Shown: piece by piece, positions 25,401 through 39,100 of the stretch
How positions within the stretch are numbered: position 1 is the first letter of the stretch
Layout of the letters: each line of letters begins with the position of its first letter
From: Octopus vulgaris
Lineage: Eukaryota
DNA length: 64,000 bases
Direction of reading: 5' to 3'
NCBI GenBank assembly: GCA_951406725.2
Contig: OX597826.1
Coordinates: 65,968,001 to 66,032,000 of the forward strand
Program-made: the position numbers and the translations under genes
Notes under the pieces: model-generated
The model's database searches: none
The model's input: the letters and a program-made list of their open reading frames with translations, nothing else
What the model was told of the DNA's origin: nothing

Positions 25401-28400
25401 ACGGAGCTACTACACAATGCACACAGCTAAAGTTGGTTGCTGAGAGCAGAACACTTCACCTATCCTGTGAAACCTGTAAATAAACCAGTTGTAAATAGCA
25501 TTTGTACTTGAAGTCTTCTCTCTTCGCTTGCCAAAAGCCTGAACTACACGAAGAACAAAAAGAGATAATGGAGGAAGGCGATGTTCTCAATTATAGTTGC
25601 TTAGCTTTTAGCCTGGCACAGCAATGGCTCTGCCAGCTCACTGCCTTCATATACTGAAAAACTGGTTCCAAATTTTGGCATGAGGCCAGCAATTTTGGAA
25701 GAGGGCATAAGTCAATTACATCAACTGGTACTTATTTTATCAACCCTGAAAGGATGAAAAGCAAAGTTGACCCCAGCGGCATTTGAACTCAGAATGTAAA
25801 GTCAGAAGAAATGCCACTAAGCATTTTGTCCACTGCTCTAACAACTCTGCCAGCTTGTAAAGCAGAAACTGTTGACTGACAGAAACTCTGCCAGCTTGTA
25901 AAGCAGAAACTGTTGACTGACATTGAAATTAATCAGATGAAAGGAATTATAGAATCAGATTTGAAAAACAGTCCAATGCATACAACCCACAAATCAGACA
26001 AAAAACTATGTCAGAGTCAAAGCAGAAAAATTATCAATCTTCACAGGAAGGAATAAATAGCATGACACACAGACAATAAGAAACAACTTGGAGATCAAAC
26101 CATTGAATAGGAAGATATCAATGAAATAACGATAATATCAGGGCAAATGATCTGACAGAACTTGAAACGAAAAATAATTACTGAATGGGTCAAAGTCCAC
26201 AATATGATCATGAAGGAATGCATTGGCTTTCTTAAGATTTTCAACAGTAAAGGGGGGAAAAAAATCTGTCTAGTGAGCTTAGCCCTTAAGTTCATTATAA
26301 ATTAAAATATCAACAATGGACATCAAATGATGATGATATCTATGTAGGTGCAGGAGTGCCTGTGTGGCAAGAAGATTGCTTCCCAACTACATGGTCCCGG
26401 ATTCAGTGCTGCTGAATATATATATGAAAATTTTAAATATACATAATTGAAAAATAAAATAATACTTCAATAATTAAATACTTTAAAATTAAATAAAATA
26501 CACAAAGCTATTACAAGTCACTAAATTGTAATCAAAATAAGAAATGTTTCAAATATAGACAAACTCCTTACATAAGCTAACCATATAATAAATATACATG
26601 TGTAGTATCTATAGATTTAATATAGCAAACTATAACAAAATAGACTAAATATCAAATAATATAATACCTATTATATGTAATTTTCTAGATGGTGTAATTT
26701 AATTATTCATTTTGAATTGATAAAAGGTGTTTTTTTCCAATATTTTATATATATATATATATATATCATCATTGTTTAACATCCATCTTCCATGCATGCA
26801 TGGGTAGGATGGTTGACAGGAGCCAGCCAGGTAGAAGACTACCCCAGGCTACTGTGTCTGTTTTGGCTGGGTTTTTACAGCTGGATGCCCTTCCTAACAC
26901 CAACAGAATGAGAAAGAAATAGTTATCACATGTAAAGTTACATATACCTATGGGAACATTTATGAAGAACCCCCAACTATAAGAAAGAAAGAAAGAAAGA
27001 AAAACAAACTAGGAAGCAGAAACCCAAAGGAAGAATAAAGCTAAGAAGCAACTACTTGCAAAGAGAAATTAATATCCCAGAAAAAAACTGTAAGGAGTTA
27101 CTCTGAGCAGTAGAAGGAGTACTTACTTAGTTTTCCTCCGGTATTGACATTATTCAAAACACCAAATGCTATCGATGGTAGAAGTATGGCAAAGTAAAGA
27201 AATAATGTTGTGGACAGAGTCTTCTGGACTGACCTGGGACCAACGACACCTGTGTGTATATGAAAAAAATTAGTTTTTTTTTTGTATATTAACACATACA
27301 TACATACATATATATATATATATATTAGCCTTTTTGGAACAGTGGAGCTTGAAGCAGGTAATGCTATAAATAATAACATGTAAATATTTGGTAATCTTCA
27401 ATTTTTAGTATCTGAAGAGATTTTCAATCCAATATTTATTTGTTATTGTGGAGGCACATGGCAGAGTGGTTATGGTATAGGGCTAACAGAAGTATGGTTG
27501 TGAGTTCAATTCCAGGCAGCACATTGTGTCCTTGAGCAAGACACTTCATTTCATATTGCACCAATTCATTCAGCTGGAATGATGAGTAGTACCTGTTGTT
27601 CAAAGGGCTAGCCCTGTCACATTCTGTGCCACGCTGAATCTCCCTAAGAACTATGTTAAGAGTATGCATGTCTGAGGAGCGCTTAGCCACTTGCAGGTTA
27701 CCAATTAGCTGGAACATTCATCATTGTAACCACTGACAGAGTGCCAGCTATATGCTATTATTTATAGCATTATCTGCTTCGAGATCCACCATTTACTAAA
27801 AGTATTATCACATATTCTTTTGAGGCTTATATATTCTTATGATATTAACAACAATACACAGATGATTACAGGTATGTTCACTGCCATCAATTCACCATGA
27901 GGAAAGTTTACAAAGAAAATTTATCCATAGTAGCTCACCATTAATAATAAAATACTATTTTATTGAAAAAAAAAAGAAAGTGAATTGATGATGGTAAACA
28001 TACCAGATATGAACACACAACTACCTACACACACACACACACGTTGCCCCAGTCCACTCAGCTGTAAATGAATTCCAGCAATAGCTGGAGAGCTAACCCT
28101 GCAAATGGACTGGCAACCCATTCTGGGGTGAGTGTTGTAATCTCTAATTGCACAGCATGGAAGTCTGGTTGAGCTCCATCCTCATGTGTCCTAGAGCTCA
28201 TTAGGGACCAAAGACACAAAACTACTTTGAAGCCCATCAAACGAACCATACCTGTACTTCAACATGTCCAGCCCTTGTCACACACCTTGTCACTCTGATT
28301 TTTACCTGAGGATTACATTTACAGTACATGTACCCACAGAACACTAAGCCGATTCCACACAAATTCTATGAACATGAAATACAATTGACTAAACAACTGA

Positions 28401-31400
28401 ATGCTCTGTAGTAAAGATTGTTTACCAACATAACATGGCAGTCGTAGTTTAGGACGCACAGCCAGCTGGAGATGATGTCTCTTGGGGCCAAAATTACAAC
28501 AACATTCGTCCTAAACCAGGACTGCCATGTTATGTTGGCAAACAATCTTTACTACAAAGTACTGTTGCTGAATATCTCACATTGTGAGATTTAAAAATAG
28601 TAATTTACTAACTGAATGCTCGTCAACCAGACCAATAGATCCAAGTCACAGCCAACATCTGGATTGTCTGTTCACATGTAGATATCAACAACCAGGTTTT
28701 AAATAATAACTCACTCGCATGGGCAGTAAGACCAAAAACTGTTTGGTTTATTGTAAATATGGCTTTCTATTTCATCATCATCATCATCATTTAATATCTG
28801 TTTTCCATGCCGGCATGGGTTGGACAGTTTGACTGGGGAGTGGCAAGCCAGGAGGCCACACCAGACTCCAATCCGACACTGTTTCCACAGCTGGATGCCC
28901 TTCCTAATGCAAATCACTCTGAGAGTGTAGTGGGTGCTTTTTACATGTCACCAGTCATGGGAGCCAGTCAGGCAGCACTGGCATTGGCCACATTCGGATG
29001 GTTTTTTTTTACGTGCCACTGGCACAGGAGGCAGTCTGGGCAAGGGGGCTGGTATTGACCACGTTTGGATGGTGCTTTTTACATGTCACTGGCACAGGGA
29101 GACAGTCAGGCGACACTAGCAATGACCCACGCATGAATGTTGCTTATTGAATGCCACCAGCATGGGAGCCAGTCAGGCAGCACTGGCATAGAAAATCATA
29201 AATTTATTCTGTACAAATACTTTTTTCATCCTTAAATATTTATAATTGTATATAAATTCCTTAGTTACTATAATTTATTAGTTCCTTTTGCATATTCTTA
29301 GTTTATGCAAATACAGTATTGATGTATCCCATTTATGTTCATTAGCAATGAATAAATAAAGAAATTTGACATGTACAAATATTTATTTCCCCCCACTGTG
29401 TATATATATATATAACAACTGTGGAAGGTGTTTATAAGCCATTTAAGAAACACACAAAAACTGTTAGATTCACTTCAACATTTAAATTTAAATTATCAAA
29501 ATATTTTCGTCACTTTGAGACCGTAACCTGTTCACTGACAAAATCCATGCAGCACAGAATTTTGTTTTGCAAACAACTTGCACATGCAAGTGCTACCAGT
29601 CGAAAGCTCTGCATACCGGAAGTCAGCAAGTGTATGGGGTCATCAGGAGAGAATGCGCGTCATTTCAGGGCCTACCTCTCAACAGCATCATTGCGCACCA
29701 GCCACCCCCTCACTGATATGAGGCCCCGCTTGCTAGATCAACTGTTTATCAAATAAAGCTCAATATTCTTCAATCCGTTGCTCATCATATCTTTTTAATC
29801 AAATCCAGGGGCTAGCCTTTTCCACTGTAGTTTGGATATCGGTCATGGTGGTATTTACTTTACAATGAGTTAGGCCCAATGATAACAACAGTCACCCCAC
29901 ACTGTGTCTAACAAATCCTCTACATCCAACTTCGATTGGAAAATGCTCTGCTTTCCAGCCTGAAAGTGCCAAAGCCACGAGGCAGAACAATCTGTGTATA
30001 AGGAAATGATAAGAGACAACCACGAGCCCATAGCTCAGCAGTTTTACAGCCGATCAGAATGTAAACATTCACATACACACATATACACAGATGCATGCAT
30101 AGATGTGCACATACATGCATGCACACATTCATACACACAAATACAGATGCATACACACACAGACGTGTATGCACGCGCACACACACACACACAGATGCAT
30201 ATATACAGACATGCACACATTCATACACACAGATGTGTATACACATGCACACACACACAGGCATACACGCACACAAATACAGATGCATATATACAGACAT
30301 GCACACACTCATAATCACAGATGTGTATACACATGCACACACACGCAATCATACACATATGCACGCACAATTAGACACATGTACACACTCATACATGCAG
30401 ATATGTATGCACACACACACACACAAATACACACATGTATACACAGACACATTCCACATATATATCGAGCTTTGTTCAGTTTGCATCAACCAAATTCACC
30501 CACAGGGAATTGGTTGGTCCATATGAGTATATACACGTGTGTGTGTGTGTGTGTGTGTTTCTCTTTTACTTGTTTCAGTCATTTGACTGCGGCCATGCTG
30601 GAGCACCGCCTTTGTAAGCCTAGTACTTATTCTATCGGTCTCTTTTGCTGAACCGCTAAGTGACGGGGATATAAACACACCAGCATCAGTTGTCAAGCGA
30701 TGTTGGATGGGACAAACACAGACACACAAACATACACGCACACATATATATATATATACATATATACAACGGGCTTCTTTCAGTTTCCGTCTACCAAATC
30801 CACTCACAAGGCTTTGGTCGGCCCGAGGCTATAGTAGAAGACACTTGCCCAAGGTGCCACGCAGTGGGACTGAACCCGGAACCAGGTGGTTGGTAAACAA
30901 GCTACTTACCACACAGCCACTCCTGCGCCTATGTTTGTGTAAATATAAAAATACGTTAGTTTTAGCAAGCTACACATTTTGCTGTGGATAAGTAGGTGGG
31001 AGATTTGTGGGTTAGAGATTAGATTTAATGGGTGAGATGTGGGTTTTAGGTGTTTTAGTTTTGAGTAAGAAAGAGAAATATTCACCATCTTTGTAATCAG
31101 AAATGTAATGAGGAAGTCTTCGCTTCAAATCTTTACGTAAACCTCGCATAAATCCACATTTGCACACTTCTTTCTGTAACAACGACAACAGATTTATCAG
31201 ATTAATTTTAATAAATACAATTTCAAAGACAAGGTATTGTCTTTACAAATTAGTAAATGTTAACTATATAGGCGCAGGAGTGGCTGTGTGGTAAGTAGCT
31301 TGCTAACCAGCCACATGGTTCCGGGTTCAGTCCCACTGCGTGGCATCTTGGGCAAGTGTCTTCTGCTATAGCCCCGGGCCGACCAATGCCTTGTGAGCGG

Positions 31401-31431
31401 ATTTGGTAGACGGAAACTGAAAAAGCCTGTC

Positions 31432-31481
<50 letters not shown>

Positions 31482-33342
31482 GTTTGTGTGTCTGTGTTTG
31501 TCCCCCTAGCATTGCTTGACAACCGATGCTAGTGTGTTTACGTTCCCGTCACTTAGCGGTTCGGCAAAAGAGACCGATAGAATAAGTACTGGGCTTACAA
31601 AGAATAAGTCCCGGGGTCGATTTGCTTGACTAAAGGCAGTGCTCCAGCATGACCGCAGTCAAATGACTGAAACAAGTAAAAGAGTAAAGAGTAAAGAGTA
31701 ACCTGATTCTGTTAACTAATTAGCTCCTACTAAGTCATTGGTTACTGTTAAGGTACCAGTTTGTGCAAGGTACCAGTTAACTAATCTAGAGACCATGGGA
31801 ATTTGAAGTTCATTATCATCATCATTTAATGTCAACTTTCCATGCTGGCATGGGTTGGACGGTTTGACTGAGGACTGGCAAGCCAGGAGGTTGCACCAGG
31901 CTCCAGTCTGATCTGGCAAGATTTCTACAGCTGGATGCCCTTCCGAATGCCAACCACTCAGAGTGTAGTGGGTGCTTTTTATGTGCCAGCAGCACAGGGG
32001 CCAGTCAGGCGGTACTGGTATCAACCAAGTTCTTGCACTTAAATTAGTACAGATTATAAGAGGTCCTCTAGACCAGTGGCTCCCAAAGTGGGAACCACAA
32101 GGGAGGCGGAAAGATCTGGGACGAAGGCAGTGAAGAAAAATGGGGTCATAATGGGGTGACCAAAATGGGGCAATGGATGTAAAGGGAAAACAAAATAAAG
32201 GGTTAATTACGCTCAGTTTTATTTGTGAAATATTGTTGTTGCAAATTTGCTGCAGAAAATGGTCTATGTCTGTGATGGTGAGTGGTGGTGGTGGCAGAGG
32301 GGGGGGGGGGCACTGGGAATGTGGCCTTAGAACCAAGGGGGTGGCAGCCTGATAAAGTTTGGGAACCACTGCTTGGGGACCATCAGTGTCTGGAAAGTTG
32401 ATGTACCTATATTGCTATTATTTACTTGAGATTCAATGTAAACTGTGTGGACCCATAAGTTCGTTGTCACTGTGTTATTCAATGGGGGCAAAAGAGAAGA
32501 ATAATTATATAGATTAATAATAATACACAAAGAGAGATGGGAAGAAAGAGAAAGATACAAATGCTTCTTTGGTCTTCATTTATTTAACCTGAATATTTCC
32601 ACTCATTATTGAGAGCATAATCTCATCTGTCTGACAAATCTAGATAGATAGATAGATAGACAGATTTCTTTATTAGCCACACAGGGCTGCACACAGATGG
32701 GACAAATTACAAGGTAGAGCTTTTCTTTTTGGGAATTAAAAAAAAAAAAAGAAGTGGGTTGGTTTTCGATCAAAAGGGATCGTAAATGGAAAGAAAAGGA
32801 AAGCAAAAAACAAAAGGAAAAAGAAAAAAAAGGAAAATAGAAATAAAAGGAAAAAAAATCTATCAATAGGAATCATTATCACAGAAATGTCAATATAAAG
32901 TGTAAAGGGGAAGACAGATGAGGTTTACCCGTGGAGAGAAAAGCCTACAGAAAAGACCACGGTAACCTCGGTCAGATAGATGGATGGATGGATGGATGGA
33001 TGAATGCATGCATGCAGGCACAGGTAGACAGTAAGACACATTAGTAGACAAATAGAAAGAAAGAGAGTAAGACTAACCTGCTCAGTCTCCTGGTACATTT
33101 GGGACTTACGATTCTGTTCAGCTAAAATTTCAGCATATTTCCTAAGTACATTATTAAACTGTGCTGCACTAGAACATTGGGATAATTCTTGACGAAGGTC
33201 AGGACAAGAAAATAATGTGCCAAATGTTCTTCCTATTTCAAACTCGCTTTTTGTACCTTTCTGAAAAATAACATTAAACATATGTAGTATATTTATGTAA
33301 TATACATTTACACACAAACACATATATCTTCATCAATATATA

Positions 33343-33385
<43 letters not shown>

Positions 33386-33708
33386 ATAATAAAATATTAG
33401 GGAATAAATCCAAACTTACAGGGAAAAATCAGATTTAGGATTGAATCCAATTTTATAGTAAAATATTATATTATATTAAATTAGAGATAAAACCACTATT
33501 AGGCAAATCACCTGAAGATTGACTGTAACTCGAATTTTTATGAATTGGACGGCCATGAAATGATCATAGTGTTATACTCATTATCATTTTTTAATAATTT
33601 TGATATATATTTAAAATAATATAAATTAATTAATCTTATGTATTGGCTTAAGTTTTTCATTGTATGATTTGCCTAATAGTGGTTTTATCTCTAATTTAAT
33701 ATAATATA

Positions 33709-33739
<31 letters not shown>

Positions 33740-34673
33740 AGTGTATACATTACTCTTTACTCTCTTTTACTTGTTTCAGTCATTTGAATGTGGCCATGCT
33801 GGAGCACAACCTTTAGTCGAGTAAATTGACCCCAGGATTTATTTTTTGTAAGCCTAGTACTTATTCTATTGGTCTCTTTTGCCGAACTGCTATGTTACGG
33901 GGACATAAACACACCAGCATCGGTTGTCAAGCAATGTTGGGGGACAAACACAGACACACAAACACACACATTATACATATATATATATATACACACACAC
34001 ATACACATATATACGACAGGCTTCTTTCAGTTTCTGTCTACCAAATCCACTCACAAGGCTTTGGTTGGCCTGAGGCTATAGTAGAAGACACTTGCCCAAG
34101 GTGCCATGCAGTGGGACTGAACCCGGAACCAAGCTACTCACCACACTTGGTCATCCAGAGAGCAAAACTGGCCAAACTATCACTGGCATGTCCAGACACC
34201 TAAATCCTTATTTCTATAGACACAATATTTCTTGCTACTTCCATAACTGAAGCAAGCTACTCACCACACAGCCACTCCATATATATATATATGGAAGCAC
34301 TCCGTCGGTTACGACGACGAGGGTTCCGGTTGATCCGAATCAACGGAACAGCCTGCTCGTGAAATTAACGTGTAAGTGGCTGAGCACTCCACAGACACGT
34401 GTACCCTTCACGTAGTTCTCGGGGATATTCAGCGTGACACAGAGAGTGACAAGGCCGGCCCTTTGAAATACAGGTACAACAGAAACAGGAAGTAAGAGTG
34501 AGAGAAAGTTGTGGTGAAAGAGTACAGCAGGATCACCACCATCCCCTGCCGGAGCCTCGTGGAGCTTTAGGTGTTTTTCGCTCAATAAACACTGACAACG
34601 CCCGGTCTGGGAATCGAAACCGCGATCCTACGACCGCGAGTCCACTGCCCTAACCACTGGACTATTGCGCCTC

Positions 34674-34736
<63 letters not shown>

Positions 34737-36128
34737 GGCACTAGTATGACTGTGTGGTAAGAAGCTTGCTTCCCAACCACATGGATCCGCGGTCAGTCCC
34801 ACTGTATGGTATTTTGAGCAGGTGTCTTCTACTATAGCCTCAGGCTGACCAAAGCCATGTGAGTGGGTCTGGTAGATGGAAACTGAAAGAAAGCCCTTGT
34901 GTGTTTATATATCTGTGTGCATCTTTGTGTCTGTGTCTGTGTCTTACCACTGCTTGGCAACCAGTGTTGGTGTGTTTATGTCCCTGTAACTTGGTGAATT
35001 TCTTTTGAAATACACTGCTTTTGTTTCAATTCATTTTGAAAATGATTAAGAATTTCGTAAAATAACTCTGTCATTATTAACTTTGTGCTTGGAACATAAA
35101 TTAACATGAAAATTTTGGTGAAAGGATTTAATTGAGACCACTTTAAAACAGGAACGTTGTATTGTAGAAACTGGGGCAGTTTCAAGGGAGCTGGTATCAA
35201 AAGGGTTAAGTCAACCCTAGTACTAGACCAGTACTATATCTTATCAAATTCTGGATGGGTACAAAGCAAAGGTGATTTTGGTAGGATTTGAACCCACACT
35301 GTAAAGATCCAGGCACTTTGCCCACTGCTCTGTTGTTTCTGCCAATCTCCCACCCTAATAATAATGTCACCTTCTTTTACTCTTCTACTTCTTTCAGTCA
35401 TTAGACTGGGCCATCCTGGGCCGTCCATCTCAAAGGACTTAGCTGGACAAATTGACCCCTGTACTTACAATTTTTTAAACTTTATTTCTTATTCTGTTTT
35501 TCTCTTTTATCTGTTAAATTACAAGGACATAAATAACTCAACACCTATTGTCAATCAGTGGGGGAACAAACTCAAACGTGCACAGTGGAACGCTAAGAAC
35601 ACCATCCGAGCGTGATCGTTGTCAGACCAGCTGACTGGCTTCTGTGCCGGTGGCACGTAAAAAGCACCATTCAAGCATGATTGTTACCAGCATCACCTTA
35701 CTGGCACTTGTGCCGGTGGCACATGAAAAAACATTCGAGCACATGACCAGGTTGTTTATAGAAGACCAGCAGCTGCCCATGCATACCAGTCTTCCCTCTC
35801 CGCACCAGTGATGTTGTAACTCATTTCTATGGCTGAGTGAACTGAAGAAGCATGAAATAAAGTGTCTTGCTCAAGAACACAACACACAGCCCAGTCTGAG
35901 AATCAAACTCACTACCTCTCGATTGTGAACCCAATGTTCTAACCAATATATATAAATGTAACCACATGTGAATCGTTGGCGCTTTTTTTCCTCCATCTTC
36001 TTTTTCTATTGGACTTTCCTCTGTTTCTGAAGAAGAGCTTTGCTCAAAACCCTAAACCACCTTTCTTTCCTTCCCTGAGTGTCTGCCAATACTTTACCAT
36101 GACGTCCTCGTGTTGTTATTTTGTGTTC

Positions 36129-36179
<51 letters not shown>

Positions 36180-39100
36180 TAGCAGCATAGCCCGGCGTTG
36201 CCCGGGTATGTAAGAGCCCCTAGTAGGCAACGACTAATCCCAATCTAGTCCTTTCCCCCTAGGGAACGAAGGCGCATGTGTAGGTTGCAATGTCTTCTCT
36301 TCACTCGAATACATCTGTGTATACGATGTTCCTAGCTGTCCCTTTGGGCGAAAACATGAAAACATCATTGCGCCTCCCAAGAGAGTTAAAAAGGTCGAGT
36401 TGCGTCCCCTAGACAGTCTGTGGTTTGTGTTTAATACACAAATCGGTTTGCTACGTGTGCCACATATGATTTAATTAACCGATTTTTTCCAGTAATAAAG
36501 TATCCTACTGGAATAAAAAGGGCCATATAGCTCCTTGGAGCAAACATGATGCTCGCTGTGAATTTAAAAAAAAATTCCTGCCAATTTGTGAAAGATATTG
36601 TCAAGAATATGTCATCTTGAATTTGAACGCGATTTACCAAAATGGCATGATTTTATCGATTTTTTCTGATGGTAAGGTATTGCATGGAAAACTAACATCA
36701 GAATTAAGTTTCTTAGGGTAACATTAAGCTTCACCATGAGTTTGGTGAAAATCGATTGCAATTTGCGAAAACTACAACAGAAAATGTGTTGCATATAAGA
36801 AGCTTAGATTCTCGACCCCATGTCGAATTTATTGATACTTTTCAGAACAGGGGGAACTTTTCAAAATTTTCGCTGCGTTAGTTTTGAATTATGACATTGG
36901 GCTGTGTGTGTGTCAAGTTTCATCAGAATCGGTTGAAAGCCGTGGTCAGGGTGAGGGTACAACCTGACAGACACACAGACACACAGGCAGACAAACTGCC
37001 TTTTATATAGAGAGATATATATAATTAATATAGACAGCCATGTGCACTGTGCTACCAAAAGGGAAAGCTATAATTGTCACTAAACATGACTAGGGTGTTA
37101 GAACACAGACACTGCTAGAAATAAGAGCTAAAAAGCTGTAATGGTGTAGTTAAAGCACATAATTGTAAATATATATACTGACAGGGACTGTAATCGCCCG
37201 AAAACACACGATGAGAATTTCCTGTATTGGTCAGTTTCAGCTAATCCCGTAGCCTCATCAGTAGGGACTGCTCGATTCAGCTGATTCCAGACTTAATTCT
37301 CTGCCAGTAAATATATATTCACCATAAATATTTATATATATATATGCATATATAACAAGCTTCTACCATTTCCATTTACCAAACACATTCACAAGGCATT
37401 GAGCAAACTGGGGATACAATAGAAAATACTTGCCCAAGGTACTGCATGCAGTGGAATTGAACCCAAAGCCACAAGGTTGCAAAGGGAACTTCTTAACCCC
37501 ATGGCCATGTCTGCACCTTGTCGCACATTTCAAACGGGTGGAATATAGTTAAATGAATTTAGAGAAGATGGAATATAATTAAGATGAATGGACACAGTAT
37601 ATGACTGGTACATGTTTTTATCATTGTCTCAGGGAGGGAAGATAGCTTACCTCTTTTGTAGGAGTAATAATAATAATCACAAAGGATATTTCTTGAGCAG
37701 TTGTACCAAAGTTGGCTGGATGATGGAGATGAGCAATGCCGACCATAGTCTTGGTTACTAATGGACTGCAACACCTGAAAGAAAATGGTAGATGTTGATT
37801 AGAAACACACACATCTATAAACAGATAATTACAGACACACACACATGTATATATGCATTTATACACAGACACACATATATTAAAATTTAACGCCCTCTAC
37901 ACAGTTTACACATATACTCATACATAGACATTTGTATGCGTGCATACACACACACAAATACACTCATAAATAGACATTTACACAGACATGTGATATAGTC
38001 ATTTAAACACAGACACCTATGTTCCTTTACAAACACACACACAGGTGCACATACACACACACACACACACACCTGAATATTGTTTATACACACAAACTCT
38101 GCTTGTGAAGACCTGTTGAGGCAAGTGAAATCAAAATCGAAATCAAATTCGTGCTAGTGGAGTGCAAAGAGTACCATACGAGCGTGATCATTGCTAGAGC
38201 AACAAGCTGGCCTCCGTGCCAATGGGCATGTAAAAAGCACCATTCGAGCTGTGATTGTTACCTGTGCTTTACTGGCACTTGTGCTGGTGGCACGTGAAAA
38301 AACAATTCGAGCGAGGTCATTGCCAGTGCCACTGGACTGGCTCCTGATCATAAAAAGCACCATTTGAGCATGGCCACTGCCAGTACCGCCTGACTGGCCC
38401 TTGTGCCGGTGGCATGTAAAAGCACCCACTACACTCTCGGAGTGGTTGGCATTAGGAAGGGCATCCAGATGTAGAAACTCTGCCAGATCAGATTGGAGTC
38501 TGGTGTAGCCATCTGGTTCGCCAGTTCTCAGTCAAATTGTCCAACCCATGCTGGCATGGAAAGCAGATGTTAAACGATGATGATGATGATGAGGATAAGT
38601 ATGTAGACATTTATATGGGAACATACCCAAGTATAATGTATGCAGACACACATGAATATTCATTTTCACACACTTACATATAGAGATTAACATACACACA
38701 TGCATATACATATGCAACTGATGTGATTGTGTGTGTGTGTGTAAGAGAGAGAGAGAGAGCGGGGGATGCATGGCCTAGTGGTTAGGGTGTTGCACTCATG
38801 ATCCTGTGATTGTGGTTTCAATTCTTGGACAGGGTGGTGCATTATGTTCCTGAGCAAAACAATTCATCTCACATTGCTTTACAATCACTTTTAACACCTG
38901 ATGTGTGCTACACCATGCACCTGTCCGGGCAATATCAATCTGATGGAGGGATTGAGCAAATGTAGAGCGTAAACATTTGACCATAAACAAATCATTTGAA
39001 ACAAGGTCATTCGGCAAGAAATTGCAGATCCATCTTCCTTGAGCTACAAGAGACAACCATCATCAGACACACACTCGCATTCACATCCACATATATATAC

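Noticed and set aside
25843-25922. ~40-bp direct duplication (also a short one at 63945-63996)
   Set aside because: Ordinary slippage duplication.
29920-30651. HT/CV-rich ORFs (also 53587-54176)
   Set aside because: Cryptic CA/TG simple repeats.
31271-31345. tRNA-like sequences with A/B boxes
   Set aside because: SINE heads; no complete cloverleaf, and they continue into SINE bodies.
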